DNA of 36,013 nt from Octopus bimaculoides (taxonomy: Eukaryota). The stretch is taken from assembly GCF_001194135.2 (NCBI RefSeq), contig NC_068988.1, positions 69,161,750 to 69,197,762 of the forward strand. Reading direction: 5' to 3'. Positions 22,346 to 33,552 of the stretch are shown here, one piece after another. Position 1 is the first letter of the stretch, and each line of letters begins with the position of its first letter. Below the pieces are notes generated by a model. It had not been told where the DNA came from and made no database searches. It worked only from the letters and a program-made list of their open reading frames with translations. The position numbers and the translations under genes are program-made.

Positions 22346-23684
22346 GTGATAACACTGCAGTTACACTCAGAGAACAGGTGAATGGAAAAGAAAAACTTAT
22401 TGAACAGACAACTGCTGATATTTAATAGAAAACCTTGCTATGATCAATGATATGGAAGGAAATCTTTCAGACAAATTATTAACTGTGATCAACCCTGATT
22501 GATGTATACTGTGTAGAGAGTATATGACATTGATTGAAATAGAGTAGAGATTTACGAGTAGCACAGCTTGGATATACCTACTTCTGATAGCAACCAACCT
22601 CTTGTTTTATTGATTCTAGAAGGATCAAAAGAAACAGTAATTTCAGTTTGATAGAAACACAGAAAAAAAACAAAAAAAACAAACTAAGACTCAAAATTTG
22701 TTGAGTGAATACATTGGAGTGTTTTCTGTCAATACTTTCTCTCCAGCAACATAAAAAACCTAAATGACCACTCAATCTGCGAGAAATAAAGCCAGATTTC
22801 TAACAAATTTTAGGCTACATCTACTTCATACTCAGATAATGTTGGATGTAGCTAAGTGATCAAGAAAAATACAAATAATTATATTTTTTAAAAAATAAGG
22901 AAAATATAAACTAATATTTCAGATACAGAATCTCCATAATTAAATACAGTCTTCACATTATATCTATTGAATGAAAAAGTAAATATTAAATAATTCTCAG
23001 AACTTTAAGTTATTCTACTACTAGGTTAGAGTTTAAAATATATTAATTTTAAAAAGAACATATTCATAATCATACTTCATTTATCAAAACTACACCATAT
23101 ATCTTATTTTTTTTAAATACATTCTTTCACTTAATACACAGTCTGGCAAAATATTTTCATTTATCTTAAGTGTGCAATTAGTGAAAACAAGTTTACAAAC
23201 ACTACACTACTCTTTGGAAAGTAGATGACATAATGGCTAATGTAATCTTAGGTACAAAATACAAGAGAAAAATAAGGGCTGTGTTTATAGTGGTCATAGG
23301 TCTGTTGCATCAGGTCTGAACTAAAGCTAAACAGTAGCAACAACTACACTAACCGTCCCTAAAATACTGAAATATTGGCAAAAATAAACTGCAATAAGTC
23401 TGAAGTAGTTTTGTTGTCATGAAAAATATCACAATTTTGGATTAAAATGAGAGATAAATAAATTATTGTGAAACTAGTGATGTTAGCTAGTCACAGATTG
23501 AAAATGAAAATGGAGGAGAGATTTGTTGGATGATTAATGATGTTATATTTCAGGAGAAAGTAAAATGGTGAGATACACAATCTTTATAATAGAGTAACAA
23601 GTAGAAATAAGGGAGAACATATTTCAAACCTAAGATTTCAATAGTCATTCATTCTTCATCTTACACAATGCCTCATTACCTATA

Positions 23685-23689
<5 letters not shown>

Positions 23690-23731
<42 letters not shown>
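23690..23731. repeat. (TA)n microsatellite
   Basis: Direct reading. Confidence 0.98.
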
Positions 23732-23733
<2 letters not shown>

Positions 23734-23738
23734 CACCA

Positions 23739-23864
23739 TCACTAAAAGTGATCAAAGGGTGCAATGAGCACCAGCATTGCTAGAGATAGGAGTAAAAGAC
23801 TCCTTTGCCACAAAAGTCACATTCTATTTGGATTGTCATTGCACTCTTTGGTCACTTTTAGTGA
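23739..23864. mobile_element. 126-bp fold-back / putative MITE with 29-bp inverted ends beginning (T)CACTA
   Basis: TCACTAAAAGTGATCAAAGGGTGCAATGA (23739-67) versus TCATTGCACTCTTTGGTCACTTTTAGTGA (23836-64): 2 mismatches, 68-nt spacer. Confidence 0.7.
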
Positions 23865-24644
23865 CAGCGAATTATTTTGTTTTTGGTTTTAGATTGCTCC
23901 CTGCCACCTTTATTATTTCACACACACACACACACACACACAGTATAATGATATAAGCTACTAATAGTTCCTTGCTTGGAGACGTGGTTCTAGGCAGGTT
24001 TTCATAACATGCCTTGTGCTTCCAAGCAATCTGCTGGCTCTGAGTATATGGTTTATTCAATTTGTAAATCAGGACACTGGTACAGGAGAAATCACAAGAA
24101 AAATGAGAAGGTTGATGCAAAAAGTGGAATGATGAATGAAAATCGAAAAGGAAGAGAAAGGGAAAGAAAGAAAATTAAATTTATGTCTCCTTAGACTGTA
24201 AAGTCATAATTTAAACTAGTTATAGAATAATTCAATAACTAGTTTAATTATGACTTTTATGGTCAAGGGGACATAACTCTATTTTTCTTTTCTTTTAAAA
24301 TCATTTCTGAGAGTAAAAGAGGTACACAAGATACACCTCAACATTTTGTCCTTATATATTCCTGAGTTCAATTCCTGCTTCAATCATCTTTGGATTTTAT
24401 TCTTTTATACATCAGAAGCTTATAAAAAGAGGATAAAATTCACATATCTGTGATTGGATTGACTTAAAAAAGTTATATTTTATAAAACATTCATGGAAAT
24501 ATAAGACAGTATAAGAAATTATTGGTAGAACATTTGATAAACTATTTCAGTATTTAGTTGGAACCGTTTATATCCTGATTTTGAATTCCTCTGACATAGA
24601 TTATAGCCCAGCCAACAAAAAAGGCAAAGTTCTATATATGCATG

Positions 24645-24860
24645 AACGTTGCTAGTATCACCTGACTGGCCTTCGTGCCGGTGGTACGTAAAAGCACCCA
24701 TTACACTCTCGGAGTAGTTGGCATTAGGAAGGGCATCCAGCTGTAGAAACTCTGCCAAATCAGATTGGAGCCTGGTGTAGCCATCTGGTTCACCATTCCT
24801 CAGTCAAATCGTCCAACCCATGCTAGCATAGAAAGCGGACGTTAAACGATGATGATGATG
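24645..24860 (+). mobile_element. SINE-like family B copy
   Basis: GTGCCGGTGGTACGTAAAAGCACCC...GTTGGCATTAGGAAGGGCATCCAGCTGTAGAAAC...CCAACCCATGCTAGCATAGAAAGCGGACGTTAAAC(GAT)n. Confidence 0.9.
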
Positions 24861-25636
24861 GTAGAGAAATAAGTGCTGCCCACTAGCAAAGAAGCAAATT
24901 TGGGGGGAAAACTGATAATTATGGTAAACGTGTTATAGATAAGAAGAATGACCCATTAGTATTGTCTTAGGGGTGTAACAGATGGGAACCCTGGATGTGA
25001 GACAGAAATTAGTTGCGATTTTGAAATAGCCTGTCCTCCTTGCAAGTTTCTTCTTAGAAATGCAAAAATACACATGGTGTTCTAAAGAGTGGTAGTCATG
25101 CAACTGAAATTTAAATCCTACTATATATATATGCTTATCTATATATACAGCTGTTTGTAAAGTGAGTTTCTTAAACTCCACTCATCCTAGCTATGGGCAT
25201 CTTGACAATAGTTACACAGTATTTCCCAAACATTTTTCACAACTTATAAATATAAACTCTTTGATTCCCATAACATAATAGTTAGATACTTATGCTTAGA
25301 TAATATTGCTTCCATCATTTCATATTACAATTAAAGCAAACAAGCACTCATGAAAATTTCACCCCATGCTTCAATCTGTAACTGCCAAAGCTCACCAACT
25401 TCCCACTGGAAGGTTTCTGCTTCTCAATCCAATGGTGTCATGAGACACCATATGGGTACAAAAGCCAATAACTTTAAATGAAGATTCATGCAACATATGC
25501 ACACGTTCAAGTTGAGAGACAGGGAAAACTGATGGCACAAGAATCATGGTAACAGCTTCCTGAACATTACATGGAATATCTTTGGCATGGTTTCTCCTTC
25601 CTCACTTGGATTTCATAATTGCCAAACTTGCTATTA

Positions 25637-27962
25637 TACTGGTCAACACGATTTTTGGCACAAAGAAATGAAACACGTTGGTGCTGATTCCGAAAATGAC
25701 CTTAGTTTTACATGGTTAGCTACTGTTTTTGTTGTACTACAACTGCTTATTTTTGGAAAATAGATCAATTTACAATCTTGGCTGCTCACAAAATTTAGTT
25801 AGAAAAGGTAGTAGAAACTCATAAATTTTCAGGTACGCCAAGCGGTTTATGTCAGCCACCGGAAATAAACTATTTTTATAAGAAAAATGTGTTTTTGAGT
25901 CAAAACTTTCAAAATAGAAGCACCAAATTTTTCCACTTTATTGCCAAAATTCAAATTAACTGATAAACTTTATTGGTAATACACTTTAGTAAACCTGATA
26001 ATTAAGGTGACATCAAAACATGAAACCCTAAAATCTTGTTTGATATTCATAAATTTATCCCATCACTTTTATCACTTCAATACGGAAGGAAACGAAGCAC
26101 ATTAAGAGCTTTTGTTTTCACAGTTGGGAAAAAACTCCAATTAAAGACATCCCAATTGAATGCACCTATTCCATTGTACATGATGAACACCATGAAAATG
26201 GTTTCACTAAAACATCTGCCCTCCACGTGGGATTATGAAGATACGAAGTAAAATCAGCTTAACGACTCTTTCCGTCTTTTGTTATTGACAGTTTTAGGAG
26301 TCTTTCCATAGGATATTAGGAAAGATCAAATGACCTAAATGTGAACACACAAAGTGTAATGTAAATGCTCAAACAACTCATGTTCTTTTTTAATCATAGA
26401 GATAGATATCAAATGACATGGCTTCAACGAGAGGATGCAAAAGTGATCCCAACTTATTTTGCTATACATGTGGCGAGTTCACACTGAAAGCCAACAGGAA
26501 ACCGATCTCAGACTTTTATAAGAAAACCTATTGTGCTTACTTTCATGTCAAACTTGGTGATCAGGACAAATCATGGGTCCCTCACATTCTTTGCAAGACA
26601 TGTTTGGAACACATGAGACAGTGGACTTCAGGTACCTGAAAATCGCTGAGACTCATTATTCCTATGATCTGGCGTGAGCCAAAGAACCACTCTGATGAAT
26701 GTTACTTCTGCTCAGTCAGTGTTGTGGGACTGAACCAAAAGAAATGCAGATCTATCGACTATCCCAGTCTTCATTCCGCTATTCGACCAATGCTGCATTC
26801 TGACGATTTGTAAATTTCTTGCTTGGTCAACAAAGTGGCTACACAAAATTCCCATGATTTTTTTTTGTATGTGGGACAGTAGAGCAAAAGAAGAGCACTG
26901 GAAAAGGAGAGATTGGCCACCTTGAAAGCTGAAGGTCAGTGAAAAGAACGTTATTAGTGCAGTGCTAGTTCTGAAAGAAAAAAAAATCACCTTCCTTCCC
27001 TTGCATATCAAATTGGGATTAATGAAACAGTATGGAAAATCACTTAACAAAGAAAGTAAATGTTTTGAGTATATATGTAAATCATTTTCAGGACTTTGCA
27101 GTGAAAAACTCAAAGCCAGGATGTTTGATGGTCCTTGTGTCAGGAAACTCATCATTAAGGATGATAAATTTGTTAATTCAATGAATGACTTGGAATTACA
27201 CGCTTGGACATCGTTTGTTGACGGAGTGAAAAACTTCTTAGGCAATTGCCAGGTCACAAACTACAAGGAATTAATAGAAAAGCTGTTGAAAAGTCTACAG
27301 GACATAGGCACTAATATGAGTATTAAGGTTCATTTTTTTACATAGCCGTCTAGATAAATTTCCGGATAATTGCGGCGATGTGAGTGATGAGCAGAGAGAA
27401 TGATTTCATCAGGATGTCAAAACAATGGAAGAGTACTACCAGGGATGGTGGGAAAAACGAACGATGGCTGACTACTGCTGGAGTATCAAAAAGGACTTAA
27501 ATAACATTGAACATGACAGACAATCAACAAAAAATTTTTTACCACAGTTCTTATGTTCCTGAAGGTTTTAATTCTGCTGTTAGTTTATTTAATGACTTGA
27601 TGAAAATACTTGTTGGTCTTGGTATATTCAATCGTGTTACTTTTAAAGACTTACGGTCTGATTGTTATTGCAAAAATATTTTTTCTCAATTAGCAGACCA
27701 ATATTTGTTGGTTTAAATTCGAATTGGGAGGTTTCTACGATTTTAGTTTGAGAAATACTGCCATTGATCAATATCAAATATACAGAAAACAAATGAAAAA
27801 ATTTTTTTTTTTTTTCCAAAAAGGAAGCATTTCTGTACAGAAAAAACGGTAGCTAACCAAGAAAAAGTATGGTTATTTTCAGATTCAGCGCCCTCAAATT
27901 AGGTAAAAAAAGATGTTTGGTGTCTCGACACCATTTAAAAAAAATTTTTTTGTTGACCAGTG
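25637..27962 (+). mobile_element. Chapaev3-type (CMC superfamily) DNA transposon, 2326 bp, both termini retained
   Basis: TTA|TACTGGTCAACA...TGTTGACCAGTG|TTA. The 3-bp TWA TSD and CAC...GTG-type termini (left C>T) fit Chapaev3. An additional about 50-bp subterminal inverted repeat lies at 25680-25730 / 27841-27892. Confidence 0.85.
26418..27555 (+). pseudogene. Disrupted, internally deleted Chapaev3-type transposase
   Basis: CKSDPNLFCYTCGEF, LGDQDKSWVPHILCKTC, PMIWREPKNHSDECYFC, YPSLHSAIRPMLHSDDL | VNFLLGQQSGYTKFP, CMWDSR, LPLHIKLGLMKQ, VKNFLGN, NMSIKVHF, DVSDEQRE*FHQD and MADYCW. In-frame stops and frameshifts are present. Confidence 0.85.
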
Positions 27963-30465
27963 TTATGTAAGAATGTACATATTTCAGCAGCCTGTAGTAT
28001 CTACCAAATTAACAGGAAAAACTTAGATATCCTATTGTTGTCACTAGAGATACACTTTGTTGATGAATTTCAAGCTACAAGGTACTGACAACTTAGAAAT
28101 AACATGCTAGACCAAGTTATCTCATGCACAATAGCAGGTTATATAATCCCTGTTGCCTGTAGAAAGATTACAGCCTGCTATCATCTGGCAACTATGCATA
28201 TCTTGTAAACTCATATGTACCCTGATGCCATCAAACCGATTACTTTTCCATGAAATGTCACATCCTCCTAAATAACAAGTAAGGCCAATATTCTGTCTGC
28301 CTTACCACATGTAAGATACTGTGAAAAAACTTGTGTTGCCAAGACAGTTAAAACCTCCACATAAGCTTAAATGACTGATGGAGGCCTAGATATTCCCAGT
28401 TAGAAACCGTTTTCAGTTTTTTTGAAAAATTCTCTCAACTCTGACTCAGAATGCCTGGTGATGTGAATGTGTTCTACACTCACAAAACTTCAAGTAATGT
28501 GGAGCTGAATCAACGTGTTATAAATAAATACACAAATAGAGATGGGTGTGTGTGTGTGTATGTGTGTGCATACGTGTGTATGCGCATATGTGTGTGTGTG
28601 TTTGTGCTTGTGTGTGCAGCTGTGAGTGTGTGTCTGTGCTTATGAGTGTCTGTTTTATGTATATATGCATATATTCATGGTACATTTTATGCCATATCAT
28701 TACATTCTAATTAGTTTTATATATCTTAAAAATGTATCTCTATGTGCTATGTTTGTGCTGCGCTTATAGCAAATAAATTATTATCATTATTATGATCATC
28801 ATTATTATTATTGTAGATATTGTTTGTGGTCGTTGTGGTGATGGTGGTGGTGGTGTTTTTGTTGTATGGTGAAGGGAACAGAGGACTGTGTCAAAGCTTC
28901 ACGAATAAAGTAATGTGTAACTGTATTACATTATGAAAAGAAAGACAAAGATTTCTTTATTCCACTTTTACTATTGGAAGGTTTTTCTGGTTTGTTTGAG
29001 GTACAACCCCATCGTTCAGAACAGAAGAAAGGTATATCTTTAGGATATTTTTAACTGTTTACGTAGTTTTGGTGTATCATTATTTGCAATGTTAGGTAGC
29101 CATCTCAGTAGTAGCAGGAAGAGTTATCTGCCACAGTGATGGTTGCAGTAGTCTAAATAATGTAATTAAACACATCGCCAGTTTTTTTTATTTAAATAAG
29201 AAAATAGAATTTAAAAGAAAGTCATACAATGGTAAGATCAAACAGAGCTTCAAGGTTAAACATTTTCAATTGTACAATGGAAAACACTAAACAGAATAAT
29301 GTTGGAAACATTAATTTGAATAGAAAAAGAATAATGTTCAACAACAATTACAACAATAAGATTCCATCTTCTGCAGGCATTTTCGGTCAAACGGAGTAAT
29401 TCATCTTTAGCTAATTTGAGGCAAATGAGAAAGAGAGGTTGAGATATGTCACAAAAGACAGAACCTCATTGCCTGTTGAATTTAGCCAAGGAAATCTTCA
29501 TAATTTTGCTTTACAAAGAGGATTTCATATGTCCTTGGAAAAGAAGCCGGAGGAAGCCGTGGTCAATGTGTATTATGATGCAGGTTTATGATGGGGCAAG
29601 GTGCATGGTGCCATGCCTGGTAATTAAGTCTAATAATCAGGTAATTAAATCTAATAATAGAGCTGGTGCCCCATACACCTACCAACAGGTGCAGGTCTTA
29701 GTATGTGAGTACCATGAATACAAGGAACATGACCAAAGATTGGCTGGTCCCAGTCTTTCTTCCTCCACTTTATTTTCAACAGTACCCCAACAATTTCTTT
29801 ACTTCTTCCTAGTCTCAACATTTCCTAATCTCTGCAATACAATGGAGTTGTAGAGTAATTCATAATCTCTGACTAGTTCTGTTCTTAGTGTTCTGTTAGA
29901 TGGTGGTATTGAAGGCACTGAGAATAAAAAGACCATATTTTCTTCTACTCTGGCTATGTTAAAAGCTGTGATTAGTGCTGTAACAGAAACAGTGATAGCA
30001 GTAACTATGGGGTTGACTTTTGAGAATAACTATTTTCTTTTCTTGTTTGCACACTTTGCAATAGTAAGGGCATGTGGAGACTGCACAGGTGACTGACAAT
30101 CCTGTGTGATAAGGTAGGGTTTGCAAGAAACTTTTGGTCTTAATAATCACTGATGACCACAAGCTGTATTCTATTCATAAAGCAGAGAAGAAACCTCCTA
30201 GTCTGGAGATGCAGAGCAAAATAACCAGTTACTATATGTGCAGTATAAAAAGACACTTTGAGAGCCTTTTTCCCTGAAGAAGAAGGAAAGGAAAAGGGAT
30301 GAAAGAGATTATTTGACAGTAGCATCAACAATAGCAGACTCCAGAGGCTAATACCATGGCACTGCTACCAGCATTTCTGGAGCATGGTCAGAGAGGAAGC
30401 ATGCAAGTCAGGGCAGTACCGTTATTATTATTATTATCATTATTAATATTACTTTTTTTTTGCAT

Positions 30466-30680
30466 TAAGGTGGTGAACTGGCAGAATCATTAGCATGTCT
30501 GGCAAAATGATTAGCAGCATTTCATCCATTTTTATGTTCTAACTTCAAATTTCACTAAGGTTGACTTTGCCTTTCATCTTTTTTGAGACCATTAAGATAA
30601 GTACCACTTGAATACTGGGGTCAATGTAATTGAATTATCCCTCTTCAGAAATCGCTGTCCTTGCACCAAAATTTGAAACC
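30466..30680 (+). mobile_element. SINE family A copy flanked by (ATT)n/(GTT)n
   Basis: TAAGGTGGTGAACTGGCAGAATCATTAGC...GTTGACTTTGCCTTTCATC...AAGTACCAC...GGGGTCAATGTAATTGA...CCAAAATTTGAAACC. Confidence 0.88.
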
Positions 30681-30719
30681 ATTATTATTGTTGTTGTTGT
30701 TGTTGTTGTTGTTGTTTTA

Positions 30720-31000
30720 TGATAAGAAGAGTTCAATATGATGTGTGGTAATTACAGATTGAGTCTGTTTATTAAAACGAGCAATATTTTTAACAATATG
30801 ACTTTCTTCCTCAGGTTTAAAATGAGAAATGAAAAACACAAATATAGACAGAAATTCAAAATTTGAACAAGAATATCCTATTTTCCTTGCAAGAGAAAAA
30901 AATACGTCATCAAGCTCCACTTGTTCATAACTGGTAACAAGGGAAAAGGAAAAGTATGAAGAAGAAAAAAATAGAAGAAAGCAGGGAAGAAAAGATTTTG
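30720..31000 (-). repeat. Dispersed repeat copy 1 (homologous to 32560-32830, inverted), with decayed hammerhead-like motif
   Basis: Both copies share CCTTGT.ACCAGTTA...CTTGATGA.GT.ATTTT...GTTCAAATTT.GAATT...GGAAGA.AG.CATA...AAAATATTG...AATAAAC...CTCTTCTTAT. Confidence 0.75.
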
Positions 31001-31286
31001 TCAAAAAGTTTTGTGTAAATGCAATGGAATTCTCTTGTCATTTTGTTCATTCCTTCAGGGCATGATGCTAGTAACTCACAAATATATTTATCCTCCTGTG
31101 TTTTGAGGACTGAAAGTGCATAGAAGTTGGAATATTTTCTGAAAACTTGTACTTTCAGATGTTCCTCAACTTTACAGCTGTTTGATGAAAATGTTCAGAA
31201 AGTTCCATGAATTACTCTTATTATGCATGGTTATATTTGATTTAATTTTTATATTGTGCAACCAACATGCATCAAGCTGTGTTTAG

Positions 31287-31674
31287 TGTTGTTGTTGGCA
31301 CTCCGTCGCTTACGACGTCGAGGGTTCCTGTTGATCCGATCAATGGAACAGCCTGCTCATGAAATTAACGTGCAAGTGGCTGAGCACTCCACAGACACAT
31401 GTACCCTTAATGTAGTTCTCGGAGATATTCAGCATGACACAATGTGACAAGGTTGACCCTTTGAATTATAGGCACAACAGAAACAGGAAGTAAGAGTGAG
31501 AGAAAGTTGTGGTGAAAGAGTACAGCTGGGTTCGCCACCATCCCCTGCCGGAACCTCATGGAGTTTTAGGTGTTTTTGCTCAATAAACACTCACAATACC
31601 CGGTCTGGGAATCGAAACCGTGATCCTATGAACGCGAGTCTGCTGCCCTTACCACTGGGCCATTGCGCCTCCAC
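31287..31674 (-). mobile_element. tRNA-derived SINE (non-CORE head) with the tail shared with 16248-16577
   Basis: Minus-strand head GTGGAGGCGCAATGGCCCAGTGGTAAGGGCAGCAGACTCGCG...GGTTTCGATTCCCAGACC (A and B boxes). Ends in an (AAC)n tail. Confidence 0.85.
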
Positions 31675-31847
31675 TGTGTTTAGTGTATTCAATTGCATAC
31701 AACCAAATGGAAAACATTCTGGGTCATATTTCCTGTATAAATCATAACATTTCTGTCATAATTTGTGATGGAGTTGATCTGACCCATGGTGGTACACAAT
31801 GAAAGGATTTGCCTCTTGTGCTGATTATAGCAGACAAAGTAAATATA

Positions 31848-32067
31848 TGAGGGGGTGCTGAAAAGTTCCAGACTTTGTTTGAGTGTATCAAGAAAGGCCT
31901 GGCTGGAGGTCCAACCTTTGTGAGTTCTTTTACAGAGCTTAGAAAAACTGAAGGACCATGGCAATAAGTGCATGAATCTGAGAGGGGAATATGTTGAGTA
32001 AAATTACAATTAACTGATCCCCCCGTTTTCTTCTACCCAACGCCAGAAACTTTTTAGCACCTCCTCA
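31848..32067 (+). mobile_element. mariner-derived MITE (220 bp) with TA TSD
   Basis: TA|TGAGGGGGTGCTGAAAAGTTCC...GAAACTTTTTAGCACCTCCTCA|TA. The interior retains LEKLKDHGNKCMNLRGEYVE*, like mariner C-termini (..KC...GEYVE*). Confidence 0.8.
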
Positions 32068-32559
32068 TAATGATTGAATTCTTTTAGTGCTTAGCTGGGA
32101 ATGCAATTCCATCACATTTCAAAAATGCTGATTGAAAGTTACTGACATATTTCAGAAAAATATCCTCATTTCAAGCAAATTTTTCCTCATCTGCCTATTG
32201 TAGCCTTTAAACGTTGTACCTCTAATTGTAATAAAAACTTCATAGATGTTTTATTAGAGTTTTTATTAATGCTGTGCCCTTAAACAGTTGCATAACAGGA
32301 ACATTAAACAAAAGATTCACTGGACATAAGTATGACACCAGGCATAATAATAGTACTTCAGCAGAACTTACAGAACACTTTACATCAAACTGCTGTAAAT
32401 TTGAAGAATACCTGAAAGTACATTCTCAGAAAATATTCTAACTCCTATGCACTTTCAATCCTTACAATACATATGGATAAATAGGTTTGTGAGTTACTAG
32501 CATCATGCCTGGGAGGAATGAATTAAATGATAAGAGAACTCCATTACATTTACACAAAA

Positions 32560-32830
32560 CTATTTCACAAAGTAATTTCTTTTCTCCTTTCTTTTTGTCG
32601 TCTTCAGTATTTCTTTTTCCTTGTCACCAGTTACAAGCAAAACTTGATGATGTCATTTTATCTAAAAGGAACACAAGAGAATCCAGTTCAAATTTGAATT
32701 CTTATATTTCTGTGTAGATTTTTATTTTTCATTTGAAATCCAAGGAAGACAGACATACCATCAAAATATTGTTCAATTCAATAAACTGTCAGTCTGTATT
32801 TATTACATATTGTATCACACTCTTCTTATT
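32560..32830 (+). repeat. Dispersed repeat copy 2 (homologous to 30720-31000)
   Basis: See copy 1. ORF-track proteins 32505..32717 and 30717..31004 share the (L)DDV motif only because of this DNA homology. Confidence 0.75.
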
Positions 32831-32883
32831 GTGCTTTTAAATTTGTAAAGAGATACATCAATCTTCATAGATCATCGTCATTG

Positions 32884-32935
<52 letters not shown>

Positions 32936-32941
32936 CATTAT

Positions 32942-33155
32942 TAAGGCAGCAAGCTGACAGAATCATAAGTATGGCAGGTGCAATGCTTAGCAGCCTTTCA
33001 TCTGTCTTCACATTCTGAGTTCAAATTCTGTCAAAGTGACTTTGGCTTTCATCCTTTCAGGGTTCATAAATTAAGTACCAGTTGAGCACTGAGGGCAATG
33101 CAATTGACTTAGCCACCACTCCCACAAAATTGTTGGCCTTGTACCAAAATTTGAA
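32942..33155 (+). mobile_element. SINE family A copy
   Basis: TAAGGCAGCAAGCTGACAGAATC...TTCTGAGTTCAAATTC...GGCTTTCATCCTTTCAGGG...AAGTACCAGTTGAGCACTG...CCAAAATTTGAA. Confidence 0.88.
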
Positions 33156-33161
33156 TTCATC

Positions 33162-33193
<32 letters not shown>

Positions 33194-33247
33194 CATCATT
33201 ATCATTATTATTATTATCATCATCATCATCATCATTATTATTATTGC

Positions 33248-33458
33248 TAAAGTAGTGAGCTAGCAGAATTGTTAGCACATCAAACAAGATGCTTAGCAAC
33301 ATTTCTTTCAGCTTCATATTCTGAGTTCAAATGCCACTCAGCTCAACTTTGCCTTCCATCCTTTTGGAGATTATGACTTTAAGTACCATCGAAGCACTGG
33401 GGTCAATGTGTGCCTACTGTAGACAAGATTATTACTATTTTCATTTGTCAAATTTGAA
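33248..33458 (+). mobile_element. SINE family A copy
   Basis: TAAAGTAGTGAGCTAGCAGAATTGTTAGCAC...TTCTGAGTTCAAATG...CAACTTTGCCTTCCATCC...AAGTACC...CACTGGGGTCAATG. Confidence 0.82.
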
Positions 33459-33552
33459 AAGAAATCTGGTGAAAAGAAATGAGCATCATAAAAGCCTAAG
33501 GCCAGAAAAACAGCATAGCTTGACAATGGAATTACATCTAATATCTTGATAT

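Noticed and set aside
24933-25181. 82-aa minus-strand ORF with a TTTCAG acceptor inside
   Set aside because: No donor or recognisable motif, and its N-terminal part crosses (TA)-rich sequence.
26712-27257. 181-aa minus-strand ORF, the longest in the track
   Set aside because: Antisense shadow of the Chapaev3 transposase.
28975-29420. Two very weak minus-strand hammerhead-like traces (CTGAACGA...; CTAAAGA...GACCGAAA)
   Set aside because: Core and stem II are both broken, so they cannot be distinguished from chance by eye.
29446-29853. 135-aa plus-strand ORF
   Set aside because: No recognisable domain or splice context in either orientation.
31596-31674. Possible tRNA genes (also 21101-21175, 16500-16577)
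   Set aside because: tRNA-like A/B boxes run straight into SINE bodies, and the cloverleaf stems do not pair properly.
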